Origin: Eledone cirrhosa
Taxonomy: Eukaryota
Assembly (NCBI GenBank): GCA_964016885.1
Contig: OZ024741.1
Location: 102,920,001 to 102,984,000 of the forward strand
Direction of reading: 5' to 3'
DNA: 64,000 nt
Part shown: positions 41,682 through 55,910 of the stretch, in pieces
Layout of the letters: the number at the start of each line of letters is the position of its first letter
Numbering within the stretch: the first letter of the stretch is position 1
Translations under genes and position numbers: made by a program
The notes under the pieces: model-generated
Told to the model about the DNA's origin: nothing
Seen by the model: the letters and a program-made list of their open reading frames with translations, nothing else
Database searches by the model: none

Positions 41682-42060
41682 TATATTTAGTTTGATTTAT
41701 ATTTATATGAGAACTAGCCGATAAATCTTTTGATTCCTAAATCTTTGATTCCCTCTTTTTACTCTTTCTATTGTTTATTTTATTTTATTTATTTTTATTT
41801 TTATCTAAACATTCCTCATGAAAAATTAAGCTACCCTAAAAGCCGATGCTCCAAATTTTTCGAATTAACCTTACACTAGATAAACTTCTATATTAAATAT
41901 AGGAACATATGTAGACATTATTGGACATCATAATCTTTTTGCGATATTCTTTGCTAGATGTGATTTGATAGATAATTTTTGGCTTTGTCTTGTAATGAAC
42001 TTGGCAATATATTGTCAATTAACTTTGAAGGGTTGTTCTTTGTGGTTTATTTTTATTTTC

Positions 42061-42339
42061 ATTTTTATTTTTATTTTTATTTTTATTTTTATTTTTATTT
42101 TTATTTTTATTTTTATTTTTATTTTTATTTTTATTTTTATTTTTATTTTTATTTTTATTTTTATTTTTATTTTTATTTTTATTTTTATTTTTATTTTTAT
42201 TTTTATTTTTATTTTTATTTTTATTTTTATTTTTATTTTTATTTTTATTTTTATTTTTATTTTTATTTTTATTTTTATTTTTATTTTTATTTTTATTTTT
42301 ATTTTTATTTTTATTTTTATTTTTATTTTTATTTTTATT
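42061..42339. repeat. (TTTTTA)n array inside the PLE 2 3' UTR
   Basis: Directly visible; explains the IF/FY ORFs. Confidence 0.95.
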
Positions 42340-42993
42340 CTTTTAGTATTGTAGTATTCTATAATATTTTTATTTTTTATTTTATTTTTAACATTTTTAT
42401 ATGTAAATTTTTAATACGTAATATTTTTTAATACGTAGTATTTTAATATGCAATATTTTTATTATGTAATATTCTTTCGTAATATATTTTTTTTAGTTTT
42501 CTATTCTATATTTTTATATTTTTATATATTTTTACTTATTATTATTATTATTGTTATCTTTGTTTATAATATAATATATATTTTCGATTAGTATATTGAA
42601 ATCTGCTCTCTATTTCTGCTCGATAGATAATCTTGCAGAGTAATCGCAAGAATAATAATACGCTCAAATTTTTATACCACACTGAGAATGTTTTCCGGTA
42701 ACTAAAATTTGCAGAGTGAATCAGTTGGATTCACATTGATGTTTGTAGCTGTCACATAAACATATGAATTTTTTTTAAACTAAACATAAGATAATGAATT
42801 TTCACACATTGTGAATACTTGTTTCATTTAGGAATACTGATATTTACAATATAGTGTAAGTTTTATAAATACTAATACATTAAAACATAGGGTTTTCTAC
42901 GCCTCGAATATGTCTGGCTATTTTTAAATTTTTTTTCTCTCTCTATATCTCTCTATATCTCTCTATATATCTCCCTTACATTAATACTTGAGC

Positions 42994-43028
<35 letters not shown>

Positions 43029-43393
43029 ATGTATCATTGATACACTTACTCAAAATGACCTCCCACTACCTAATTTTCTACATATATATATATGTATCTA
43101 TCTCTATTTCCTCTCTCTCTATATATATATATATCTTTCTGTCTCTTTACATGAAGCTCTTCGCTTTATCTATTTTTCCATCTCTCTATTTTGTCCCATG
43201 CATTTCTTCTTTTTCTTTTTCTTCTTTTTCTTCCTCTTCTTCGTTTTGTCTTTCTTTCTTTCTTTTTTTCCCTCTTTTCTTTCTCTCTTTCTTTCTCTCT
43301 GTATTTTCACTGCTAGCGTAAACCTCTTCAAATGAAGTTGATGTTTATTACGGTATGTCGAATATATTTATCTATAAAACTGTTTATATTGTA

Positions 43394-43455
43394 TTTTGTC
43401 TGATGAAGGCATAGCATATTGTTAATATGATATCCCCGAAATATATATAATGAAA
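43394..43455 (+). ncRNA. Hammerhead ribozyme, 3' pLTR of PLE 2
   Basis: Identical to 39163-39224. Confidence 0.85.
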
Positions 43456-43585
43456 TAAATATGGTTTTATAAATATAGTTTTCCATTTATTTAATATTGT
43501 AAATATACTCCAAATATTTGTCGAGTGCTTTTATATCAGTTATAAATATTTACTAGTTGTAACCCAACAATTTTAAATATAACTT

Positions 43586-44717
<1,132 letters not shown>

Positions 44718-44738
44718 AGTATGTATGTATGTATGTAT

Positions 44739-44905
44739 GTAAAAGGTAAACAGAAATAACACAATCGGTATCGTATATGGAAGGAATATATTAGATTAAC
44801 GCTTGAAATAGCAGGAATAGGATTTTAACGTTGCGGACGCTAGTCCTTGGTCAGAAGAAAGAATGAGAAATTATAAAGTTTAAAGGGATGGGCGGGGTGC
44901 AATTG

Positions 44906-44908
<3 letters not shown>
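44739..44908 (-). mobile_element. Truncated copy of the 7141-family HHR tail
   Basis: Matches 7141-7315; HHR core decayed (CTGACCA...GCAA). Confidence 0.75.
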
Positions 44909-44953
<45 letters not shown>

Positions 44954-45167
44954 TTAATAGTATTAAGGGTACTATTTATGGCTATGTATGCAATAAAACC
45001 TTTAATGGTAATATATTATATATACACAAACCCTAAATAGTGAAAGATAGTCATTAATTACTATCCTATTACCAGTAAGAGAAATAGCTCAATGTAATAA
45101 CAGCAGTTGTTTTACAGAGCAGTTATATAGAGATTACAATAATCAAAGTTCAGTTTAAGTCATTTAT

Positions 45168-45216
45168 TTGCTTACAATTGTTTCCTCCAAACCGAGGTTT
45201 GGATTCTTCGGAGCAA
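45168..45216 (-). ncRNA. Hammerhead ribozyme of PLE 4 (core variant CCGAAGA)
   Basis: ttgct-CCGAAGA-a-tccaaac-ctcg-gtttgga-g-GAAA-caattg-TA-agcaa. Confidence 0.75.
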
Positions 45217-47136
45217 CTATTTACTGATCTATAACATACTTGATCTCCTTTTCAACCCAAGAGACACATAAAACATATGCGCATATTGATCAACAGTGGG
45301 GTGACATTCATCAAATGATATAGCATGGCAATTTACATATAAAGGTTACAGGATAAAAATAAAATAAAAACAAGAATGAAAATAAAGATAAACATGAAGC
45401 GTTGGCAGTCTATGAAGATAAAGCAAGAGGAAAGTTTAGAGTAGTCAGTGTATGAAACAGTCTCACGTGTAGCATGCACGCGTGTCTTATTTATACATGA
45501 TTAGAGTGCGTCAGAATGATATTTGCAGGGTCAGGCAGTTGAAGCAGGCAATCGATCTTATTATGTGGGCTGGATTATTAAGTCATTTATTCTCATACAT
45601 CTGTATGATATACAGTCTCGGATGCAGGGAAACACCAAAATATCAAAAACTTTCCACATACTAAAAACCTTATTGTATCGTAGGCAAAGCCGTACCACTG
45701 TCTTCGCTCACTCCACCACTCACATAATCCATGAGACGCAATATATATAGAGAACACTTGTCTATCGTATAATTCGCGGTGGTTCAGCATATAATCAAGC
45801 TATAAACCGTATCCAGTCGGTTCTTAATTAATAGATCATGCTGTCCAGATTCCGGAAGTGTCTGAATGACTAAGGGGAATTAATGCGTAAGTGGAGGTAA
45901 CTAGCTAGTTATCTTAGTTAAATTACTATCCTAAACAGCATTAATGGTGATTCAAATACGTGCCTATCATATGAAGTTATAACTAATTTCTAGAGTATGT
46001 TACCCATTTTTAGGTTAGAGAGTTGTCCATTAAGAAGTACAAGGGTGTATATATTAGGATGACTACCATCCATTAAGGTGTGTCATATCTGAACGTTCTA
46101 TAAGAGGAGTCAGACTCTCAAGTCACTGTTCCATGCAAATGTAATATAACAGTAGGACTTGGTATGGTCCCACTATTATATATGCCACCCGGTAGGCTCC
46201 GGGTCATTGCATGTCTGAATCTCCAGTAAATCTTCGGTATGGTCCGGAGATCCAATTTCTCATATAAAGGCACTAGTCTGGTCATCAAGCAATAGACAAC
46301 CCCCGTCTCATATATAAATCAATTAAGTATCACATCTACAAGCCAGGTACTAAAGGCGTTCACATCAAGATGATTACAATCTGGAGGTTAAATCTCTCAT
46401 ACCAGGGCACATGTCTGGCCACCGAGCAATACATAAACCCACGTCCCTACATAAACCCACGTCCCACATATAGATCAGGTATCCCAACCACAAGCTAGAG
46501 TGGAGTCCAGTAACAAGTACTAAAGGAGTTCCTATCATGATGACTACAATCCAACATGGGGTGCCACACCCGGCCAATCCATAAGAAGAGTCGGACTACA
46601 TAATTAACTACATGGGTCTCACTATCAGTAATGGTCTTATTATCATACATGACTCCCGGCGAGATTCAGGTCGTAGTATGACTGCATCGCCGGTAAGTTC
46701 ACCAGGGTGGTCCAGTGGCCGGTTCTTTCGTCAAAAGGTGCCGGTCAGGTCACCAGGCAACACAGATGCTCCTAACTCATGCATCTCCCGTGCATAATTC
46801 ATTGAACTGATCGTTTACAGTATATATTCACATAACAATACGATTATCTATCTAATCATCAATCTATCTCTTGGTGGGAATCCATGCACAGGACTATGTT
46901 ATCGCAACCAGTACCGTGTCCCCAGTTTATACTAAACTTATATTTGTGCAATGCAGAATAAGTAGTCCACGGTCGAGATATCAGAATTAGAGGTACAAGG
47001 GGGTATTCACAGGGTAGGTGGTACTAAAATGCTGTCAGTATTATCTTTAGAGTATAGAAATGGGTGTGGATGTGAGGTGTAGGGTGTGCTACTGATGTTA
47101 ATTGCTAGGGGTGGTGCCGGTTCCAGTCTGACATTA

Positions 47137-49000
47137 TTATATATAGGGTTTAAAGTTTTGGAACGAGTGTCGGAATCGGTGTTGGCAAGTTGCGAACACT
47201 TCTGATTTTTTATTAAGGAGATTATGTTTAGAGAAGATGATGGTATGGGTCTCTAGTAGACAGAGGTTACAAAATTTATTAGGTAGTTTGTACGATGTTG
47301 CACTACCTACCACTTCCCATTTAAGTGTATATATTTTATTTTTAGTTTTTAGATGGTGTATGTAGCTAGATAGTGAAGTGGAGTTGGCTAGACTGTGTTT
47401 TTTGAAAGAGTGGAGGTGCGAATTGTATCTAGTTTTGAAGCAGTTAGAAGTGGAGCCTATATAGGTTTCAGAAGAGCTGTTAGTTGTGACTGTACATGAG
47501 TATATGATATCCTTGGTTAAGCATTTTTTATCTAAAGGGCAGGTTCTACTTGATCTACAGTTACAATTACTCTGGGTGCTAGTCTGCCGGTTACTATGCT
47601 GTGTAGAAGTTTGGATGTTAGCTATAGGGTTATGGTTATGTGGGTTGTGGTACGCAGCGTTAATGTTTACACTAGTGTTATTACTATTATTTCCATTGAT
47701 ATTACGGTTATTTGTTATAATGTTACTTTGACTGTTATTTTGAATGTTATTATGAAGGTTTATCGACCGTTGTGATTTAGTTTGTTGGAAGTAAGAATTA
47801 ATTTTTCTTTTATTTGTACTAGCTATGTGGTATGCTAAGTTAGGCGTAGTAGAGTATGAGATCTTAATAGTGTTTTTGTTTAAAAGGCCGTGGTACCTGT
47901 GGCCGGATGGGAAGTGTTTATCTAGTAGTGAGAAGAAAGCCCTAGGAAGGTTGTTAGAGACGTTTAAATTGAAAGGAGGGTTGAAAAATGTATTATTTCT
48001 TCTTCTATTTCTGTCTTTTATGTCTGGTGATTTGTTTCCTTTAATGTCCCTATGGTCATTTCTGAGGTGCGGGTTACTTTTGTTGTTACAATCCCTATTA
48101 GTGTGTGTGCGGTTGCTATTCCTATTATTAAATTTTCCCATGGACATGTTGTGTGAAATGATGTTGTAGCTATGTGTTTTTGTAGGTAGGAACTCTATCC
48201 CTGTATTATGGCCTGATCTAGCTAATGCCTGATTATAATACTGCGAGTTATTGTTAAATGTGTTTATGTCATAGGATAGATTAGAGATTCTATTAGATAC
48301 TCCCTTAGAGATAGAGTTCAATATAGATTTAGGGTGGTTAGACTTGGTATCTACGTAGATGAGTTTTTCATTAGGTTTGTGGAAAGGTGCATATATCATT
48401 GAGTCTAAGTAGAGTGTGGCGTCTAGGAAGTTAACGTTTTGGTGTTTTTGTCCATGGTAATACTAAGGTTAAAGTTTTTGAATGTTTTGTGCAATAGTTT
48501 TCTAGTCCTTTCTATATTGAATTTTTTATAGTCTATAAGTAGAAGTGCATCGTCGCGATACAAACCACCGCTGAAGTACGGGAGTTCCCTGTGGATTAGG
48601 TTAAGTAAGTATAGGCCAACTAAATCAGTGACCTGCGCCGAGTCGCTAGACCCCATAGTAATGTCGAAGTTGTTTTGCGTATCCTTGCGGGTCCATAATT
48701 GGTCTTCAAAGGTGATTATTGTTTTACCGGCCGCAAGTATGACATCAATCTGGGGTCTAGTCAAGTCACTATTGTCCATGGCCATTATAAGTCCCTTATT
48801 TAGTAGGATAGGGGATATAGAGGTGTAGTAAGAGTTGATATCAAATTGAATACATTTTTTATCCTTGTTATCTATGATATTTTTGAACCATTCAATCACT
48901 TCACCCGTATTTCCCCATTGTTTAAGGTAAATCCTGTGTTTAATCTGTGGGATGATTTTGTCTAGGATTTTTTTACTGATAATGCCAATGTCAGAAGGTA
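47137..49000 (-). pseudogene. PLE 4 RT-GIY-YIG (frameshift near 48430)
   Basis: QFDINSYY, FDITMGSSDS, GLYRDD, CNCRx4CPLx3CL, IIYSC...TYIGST, CNLCLLE...CQH. Confidence 0.9.
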
Positions 49001-49149
49001 GACTGGTGGTTCAGGAAACGCTCCTTGAATCGGCCCTCCGCCATGTCCACATAGGATTTGACCTCCTGTGGTTCGTTTGGTCGGTTGGAAGTGACCCCAG
49101 CTTCATAGATTACAGCTGGTGTGTTGCATTGTTGTTGAAGGGGGAAAGC

Positions 49150-49276
49150 TTCAGGCTTACGGCAAGAGCACCCTGGCTGCTAGTGATGTGGGCCTTCATG
49201 TTCTTAGCGCAGGAGTATCCTAGTTTAACTTTGTGTCGGTTAATGATCTAGCGGTATTTATGACCTATGGGTAAGT

Positions 49277-49277
<1 letters not shown>
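49150..49277 (-). pseudogene. Fragment of a different Naiad-like ORF
   Basis: Translates HLPIGHKYR*IINRHKVKLGYSCAKNMKAHITS, homologous to HFPSGHRYHGLLNKNTIKISYSTTPNLAYHIAS of PLE 4. Confidence 0.7.
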
Positions 49278-49278
<1 letters not shown>

Positions 49279-49308
<30 letters not shown>

Positions 49309-49538
49309 AAGAAGAAGAAGAAGAAGAAGAAGAAGAAGAAGAAGAAGAAGAAGAAGAAGAAGAAGAAGAAGAAGAAGAAGGAGGAGGGGGGAGAAGAAGA
49401 AGAAGAAGAAGAAGAAGAAGAAGAAGAAGAAGAAGAAGAAGAAGAAGAAGAAGAAGAAGAAGAAGAAGAAGAAGAAGAAGAAGAAGAAGAAGAAGAAGAA
49501 GAAGAAGAAGAAGAAGAAGAAGAAGAAGAAGAAGAAGA
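49279..49538. repeat. (AAG)n microsatellite
   Basis: Directly visible; explains the poly-K/E/L/S ORFs. Confidence 0.95.
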
Positions 49539-50339
49539 TTCGGCATCATTACTGGAATGGTATCTTATCTATCGACCTCGAAAGGATGAAAAGCAAAGTT
49601 GTCCGCGGAAGGATTTGAACAGGGAATTGGAACCGGAAGGCATTTTATCCCACGTTCTTGTGACTCTGACCATCCACCACCCGACACACACACACATATA
49701 TATGTATATATATATATGTGTGTGTGTATGTATGTATGTATATATATTGGTGCTACTGGTAACATGTATGCCAGTACAACCTGTCTCATGGTCGGGTCGT
49801 TGGCGACTAAGCTGGCAACCCTACCAAGGTTTCTTGGTGAGGATGGTGACTTTGGACATCCTGCAGGACAAAAAACAAAACCTGTCAAAGTGTAAAGGAG
49901 CTCTTAAGAGTCAATGGCCATCCAAAATCACCGGGAGAGATGACCCCTTAGCCTTTGTCAAGGCAGAATTCTAGGAGAAGGAAAACTCTGATATAACACC
50001 TGCAATCCTGATGGTATCCAATGATGTTGACTTGTTCTTCTTTTTGGTAAATATCATCTTGGTTAAGAGAGTGGGACTGGCTTTGTGCAGTGCCTTTGCT
50101 CACTATAAAAGCTTCACGTCACAGGCATTGCTTTGTATCTGGAGATCTCTCTGCACTTGTCGTCACATGGTACCATGGGCCCAGCACTATGTGTCAATAA
50201 TTGTCACAAGTGTAGTGTTTGTAACAGAGTTTTCAAGTCGCTGGCTGGACTAAAAAGTCACACTCGTTCAGCGCATCGGTAGGGGTTCTCCTACATGGAT
50301 ATAAAGTAGTGGCCGTACTCGAAAACGAGTTGGCAGCCA

Positions 50340-50383
<44 letters not shown>

Positions 50384-51998
50384 TGCATTGCAGTAAATAA
50401 ATGTCTTCTTGTTATTATCACTTTCTCTTACCTTTGAATCTGTATTTGTTATATTTGTTATTTTAGCAGCTGTTGTCATTGGTTCATTCTTGTTGTTGTT
50501 TTTCTTATTTCTACCTCTATCGATCTATATGAAGTGTTATGCATACATTCTTTGTTAATATCCTTTATTAAAAATGACATCGTATATTAAAACATAGGAT
50601 CCAATTATTATCGAGGATCCGATATAAGGACCCAATATTTCATTTAATAATTCCAAAAAGCATTATTAATGTCTAATAATACACAATTATTTTCCTTTCT
50701 TCATTAATATCTCGCGGTAAAGACCCTAATTTTGTTTGAGCTACAGAATTTTAATAAACGTTGTTTAAGTAATTATAACTACATCAAATGTTATTATCAT
50801 GCTTTGAAGTTGTTTGTCGTTGAGCTTGTGAGGTCAAACAGAATATATTAACTACATTATATGTTTTATATTACATTACTTATAAAACATGGCGTCGATG
50901 TAACAGTCATCTACACTCTGTGTTCAAATACACCAGCATTCAACTTTACTTTTCATCCTTTCTAGGTCTATAAAGAATATATCAGTTTAGAATCGATGGA
51001 TTCGCTGATTTCTTAAAGCGCTAGATGGGATATTTTGCAGTATCTCTTTCGAGATTATGCATTCTGAGTTCACATTCTGCTCGGTGTTGCCAGAAAATGG
51101 TGACACTTCTGACAGGAGATGCAAAGGACAGATAGTATCAGAAATGGGAAGGCCGGAAACATTGTTTTAACGAAGCAATCAGTTATAACAGTTATAACCT
51201 TATAACAAATACAAATGTACAATCTAAAGTCTATAGGTGTTCTGTGTGTCTTCTATAATAAACCCGTATTTTGGTGGTTTACAAAAACGTGTTCCGATCA
51301 TCATATTAGTCTGTACATAAACCAAAGCCGGTACCTATATATTCAGTACATTAACTTAGCCCTAAAAATACAATGTCATCCAAGTGAAATATTTTTAACT
51401 TACATTCTCCCACGCCAAATTATTTTATAGGTCATAACACCATACGACTCTCTCACATGCAACGATGCTTAGTGGCTTGTTTACATACTGGTCGCAGACA
51501 CTTTTTATATATATAATTTAATTATACAGACTTGTATAAAACACTGGTTATTTATGATTCAGTAATGCGCTTCTGAGTCTGTGCTCTATGCGACCTTAAT
51601 TGTAGCACCGTTCCTGGACGGAGTCCTTCCCGACAACGAACTAGTTAACACAATGTGTTGCAACGAGATGAAAAAATGTGTAGATACGACATATATTAAT
51701 AGCTGCAAATATTGATTTTTCACTCTATTATAACTCTGTTCATCTTTTAACGAGATAAATGACTTCAATATACGCAATGAGAATTTTGTTCATAAGATTA
51801 ACAAATACAGATCTACTTGATCTTGTCTGATATATCTCTCTGGACACTTGAGCTACACCAAATCATATGATTATCAAACATTTATGTATATTTATAACAT
51901 ATTGATTCCCAAAATAAAAACATGGTCTTGTATATTTATAAGATATTAATAAGGGTAAAATATACTTTTTTTTCTTTGCAGTTTTTGGCATAATATTA

Positions 51999-52076
<78 letters not shown>

Positions 52077-52869
52077 CAGGACATGTTTCAGCCTATTAAT
52101 AATATAATTTAAATATTCAATATGTTGTCACTTAAAGAGATATTTAGGCTGCATGATTAACTACATTAATGATATATAGTTGTAGTGACGTGACTATAAT
52201 AGTGTTTATTTTTTCAGATAATTATGTGTGCGTGTGAGTGTGTGTATAGCAAAGAAAACGTGAAACTACAACTGAGACGTTTATTGAGTCTGACAAAACA
52301 CTGATTTATAAACTTAAGCATGTCCATACACCTTAACATATAACACGTACGTATATCATTTATAAACCAATTGACATTTCAACAAGATAGAATGAATGGC
52401 CTTGGGACTTGGAACAATGACATTTTATTGGTACTTTACTTATCAGCGGTGGATCAGCATGGATGAATGGTTACGAAATTTGCTTCACAGTGATGAGGTC
52501 GCGAATTCAATCTCATTACATGTCATTTTGGTCAGTCGTCTTTTACTATATTTTCGAGTCAATCCAAGCCTCGTAGATGAAGTTGCTCCAGTATATGTCA
52601 GCTGAAAACAAATGAATGCCAGCATTAACAGGGGTGGGAGGTTAATCATGCGATAGACTGGAGTTTCGTCCAGAAAGTGATAATGTACTGTCTGTCGCTT
52701 CACAATAATGAAACCAAGATAGTATCAAGCCTGGTGAGCTTCTGTACTTAGGACATACTTTTCTTTTAATGAGCATTCTGACCAATACAATTGACTACAC
52801 CGTTTCTACGAGAAGTTGTAGATTTATGATAACACGATCCACGATCAAATCCCTCGATAGTTGCTGCAT

Positions 52870-53345
52870 TCGGATGATCTGAATGATCTAAATTGTTTGA
52901 TGGTCTGGATAGTCTGGATGGTCTGTATCGTCTGGATGGTATAGGTAGTCTGGATTGTCTGAATGGATGGATGGATGGTCTGTATGGGCTGTAGGATCTG
53001 GATTGTCTGGATAGGTGATTTCTGTGGTCGTGTGGATGTTCTTTAGGTCTGGATGATCTGGACGGTCTGTAGGTCTGTAGGTCTGAATGGTATGTATGGT
53101 ATGTAGGCCTGGATGGATGGTTTGTGTGGTCTGGATGGTCTGTAAGGCATAAATTGACTGGATGGTCTGTAGGTATGGATGATCTGGATGGTCTGTAGAT
53201 CTGAATGATCAAGATGGTATGTATGGTCTGTATGGTCCTGATGATCTGGATAGTCTGGATGGACTAGATAGACTGTATAACCTGTATGGTCAAGATGGCC
53301 TGCATGGTCTGGGTGGTCAAGATGGCATGGATGGTTTGGATGGCA
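52870..53345. repeat. Degenerate 9-bp (GGTCTGGAT)n minisatellite
   Basis: Recurring ggtctggat/ggtctgtat units over ~470 bp. Confidence 0.8.
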
Positions 53346-54318
53346 ATAAGCCACAGTTACGTGATCTGAAGGGACCTCACAATCTACTAGATGTACAAAA
53401 TCAGCAGTGAGTAACTCCTGAATAAAAACTGGATATATATGTAATAAAGAAATTATTTAATCCCATACCTTAGCCCAACTCTTGATGGAGTAATAGTACT
53501 GCAGTCATGCCCTATGGATTCCCCTCCATTTAAACCTAGCAGAGCCCATCCTGCTCCATGTTTGACTACAGTTGGAGAGAGAGAGGGCGAAAGAGAAAAA
53601 GAGAAAGAAGGAGGGATATAGAGAAAGGGAGAGCCTACTCCACTGTTGCTTTATTTATGGAGCTCAAAAAGATGATACGTAAAGTTGACCGCTAAGGGAT
53701 TTTGACTCAGGATGGGGAGAATTGGAACGATTATCGGAAAGTATACATTCAAATAAATCTATGAATTCGCCCTCTTAATTTAACTCTAATACCCAACCAA
53801 GAATTACACGTCTGAAAAAACGCCCATCAATCATCAGCATTTTTAACTAGTTAGTCTATTTTCGTGGCTCGCCTCTTATATCAAAGTCGAGAGTGAGACC
53901 CTCTAATTGTTTCATTACAGTTTAATTCTTATATACATCCAACCATTAGAGGTGAAACTATTACGTTATAAACATTATGTAGTTATATATAATATTTCGC
54001 CATTGAATTCAATATGGATTGGTGAATGCAAAAATGAGATGTATTATTAAATATCTAACCTTAACTAACATTAACTGGAATATACACGAAAGTGGAAGGA
54101 AATTCCGCCTATAGCTGGAATCATCAGTAATAGATTAGTGAACATAACTAAAGAAATATATCATAATATTTGGAATATTTAGACTAGCTTTGTAATTGAA
54201 CTATATGAAGAGGCGCCTCTTTAAGAAATATAAGTAATATATACCTATATATGTGCATGAGTGTGTATAAATATATGCATATATATGTGTGTGCATGTTT
54301 GTGTATACACACACACAC

Positions 54319-54440
<122 letters not shown>

Positions 54441-55910
54441 GTTGTTAAATTAGACGAAAGAGTTTGAGTCTTCCATAAACTAATTGAATAGTGCAATACT
54501 GTAATAAGTTTTGTAGAAGTTATGGCCAAGTGACTAATCAGGTCTCAGATTTGATTGCTGTGATTGAACTCTTCGGCAAGATATTTTTTTATCATAGCCT
54601 CAGATCGATCCAAGCCTTGTGAGTAAAATTGGGTGGACGAAACTTTGTAGAAGTATTTCAAAATGTCTCTCTTTACCTGTAATTAAAATGTACAATCTTG
54701 TCACGCGGAGTCACGCTCATTCTACTTGAGAATTACGTTAAAGATACACGTGTCTGTGTAACACTCGATCACTTTATACGTTTATTCAATGAATGATCTT
54801 TGATTCCTTTAGAATCCACTCACTTTTTTCTCTGGTTCAGCGCATTAAGTATGTTAACTTACACTTAGGTATATATACTTTATATAGAAATTATCCCAAG
54901 AAAATTTTTCCATTTCATTACCCTTGTGGTTAATAAAGAAAGCATTATTGTGTATATTACACGCTCTTTTTTTCTGAAAATTATAGTTAAATAATAGTGG
55001 TGGTACTATGGGACTATTCTTTATCTCTTATTCAGGAGATGTAAAGAAGGGCAGTGCTCAAGACTCTTTATCATTCAGTGCCTTTTGGTCGAAAGTGGGG
55101 AATGAAGTAATGTTTTGCAACAGAGTGAACTCCACTAAAGGCACTTGAGAAATGGATAGTGTTGTTAAGCCAAGCGATGGATGATGTCTACCACGCAAGT
55201 AGGGTCGTGAATTCACGATCACAGAGCCTTGGGATCGATACCTAGACCGATTGGTGTATGATGCTCTTGAGCAAAGCACTTCGTTTTATGTTGTTTTTCA
55301 TGATAGACTGGACCGACCCTCTATCATTAAAATACCAGAGAAAACTCTTATGAGATATAACCCCGTAGGAGGCCAGCTAAACTTCCATAGATGTGAAATG
55401 TAAATTAAATTTGTTTTTTCACTTTTATATATGTATTTGTCCGTATCTGTGTATACGGTTATTCTTTATGTCCTGTATCTTAGCAGTTTGACAAAAAAGA
55501 GAACGATCAAATAAGTACCAAACTGTTTTTAAATAAGTATTGGGGTCGGATCTAATAAATCCCTCCAAGGTGGTGCTCCAGCATTGTCGCAGTATAATGA
55601 CTAAAACAAACAAACGAATATCAGTATTAAAGAATTCTATAACAGTAAAATAAACACGATATCAGTTTGTTTGCGATATATTGATCCTATCGTGTTTACA
55701 ACACCAAATACAGAACAAAAATCGAATTCTACTTTTAATTGACTTCTTGTGGGTACATTTTTATTTATATTTTATCTATTCCATATATTTGTTTTTGTTT
55801 TGTCTTTTGCTTTTTTTTTTCACCAATCCTCCACAGAAACTTGTTTTCTTATCGTTAATTCATCATCAGCATCAACATTATTATCATACTTATAATTGTC
55901 ACCATCATCG

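Larger units (their letters stand above)
37063..43593 (+). mobile_element. Naiad-like Penelope element 2: full-length pLTR-ORF-pLTR with ~2-kb inverted 3' copy upstream
   Basis: 37063-39045 is an inverted copy of ~41292-43501; direct pLTRs at 39046-39363 and ~43277-43593; (TA)n on both sides. Confidence 0.92.
44952..49000 (-). mobile_element. Naiad-like Penelope element 4, 5'-truncated, with ~2.2-kb 3' UTR
   Basis: ORF pieces 48423-48899 and 47137-48399; HHR near the 3' end; ends at (TA)n 44908-44950. Confidence 0.85.

Noticed and set aside
49775-50010. Possible RTE 5' UTR with an HDV-like ribozyme
   Set aside because: I could not build the nested double pseudoknot by eye; it needs a descriptor search
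52072-52165. Minus-strand agccta...taggct-GAAA-catg-TC next to (TA)n
   Set aside because: Probably a decayed HHR, but the CTGANGA core is not recognisable, so it is not counted
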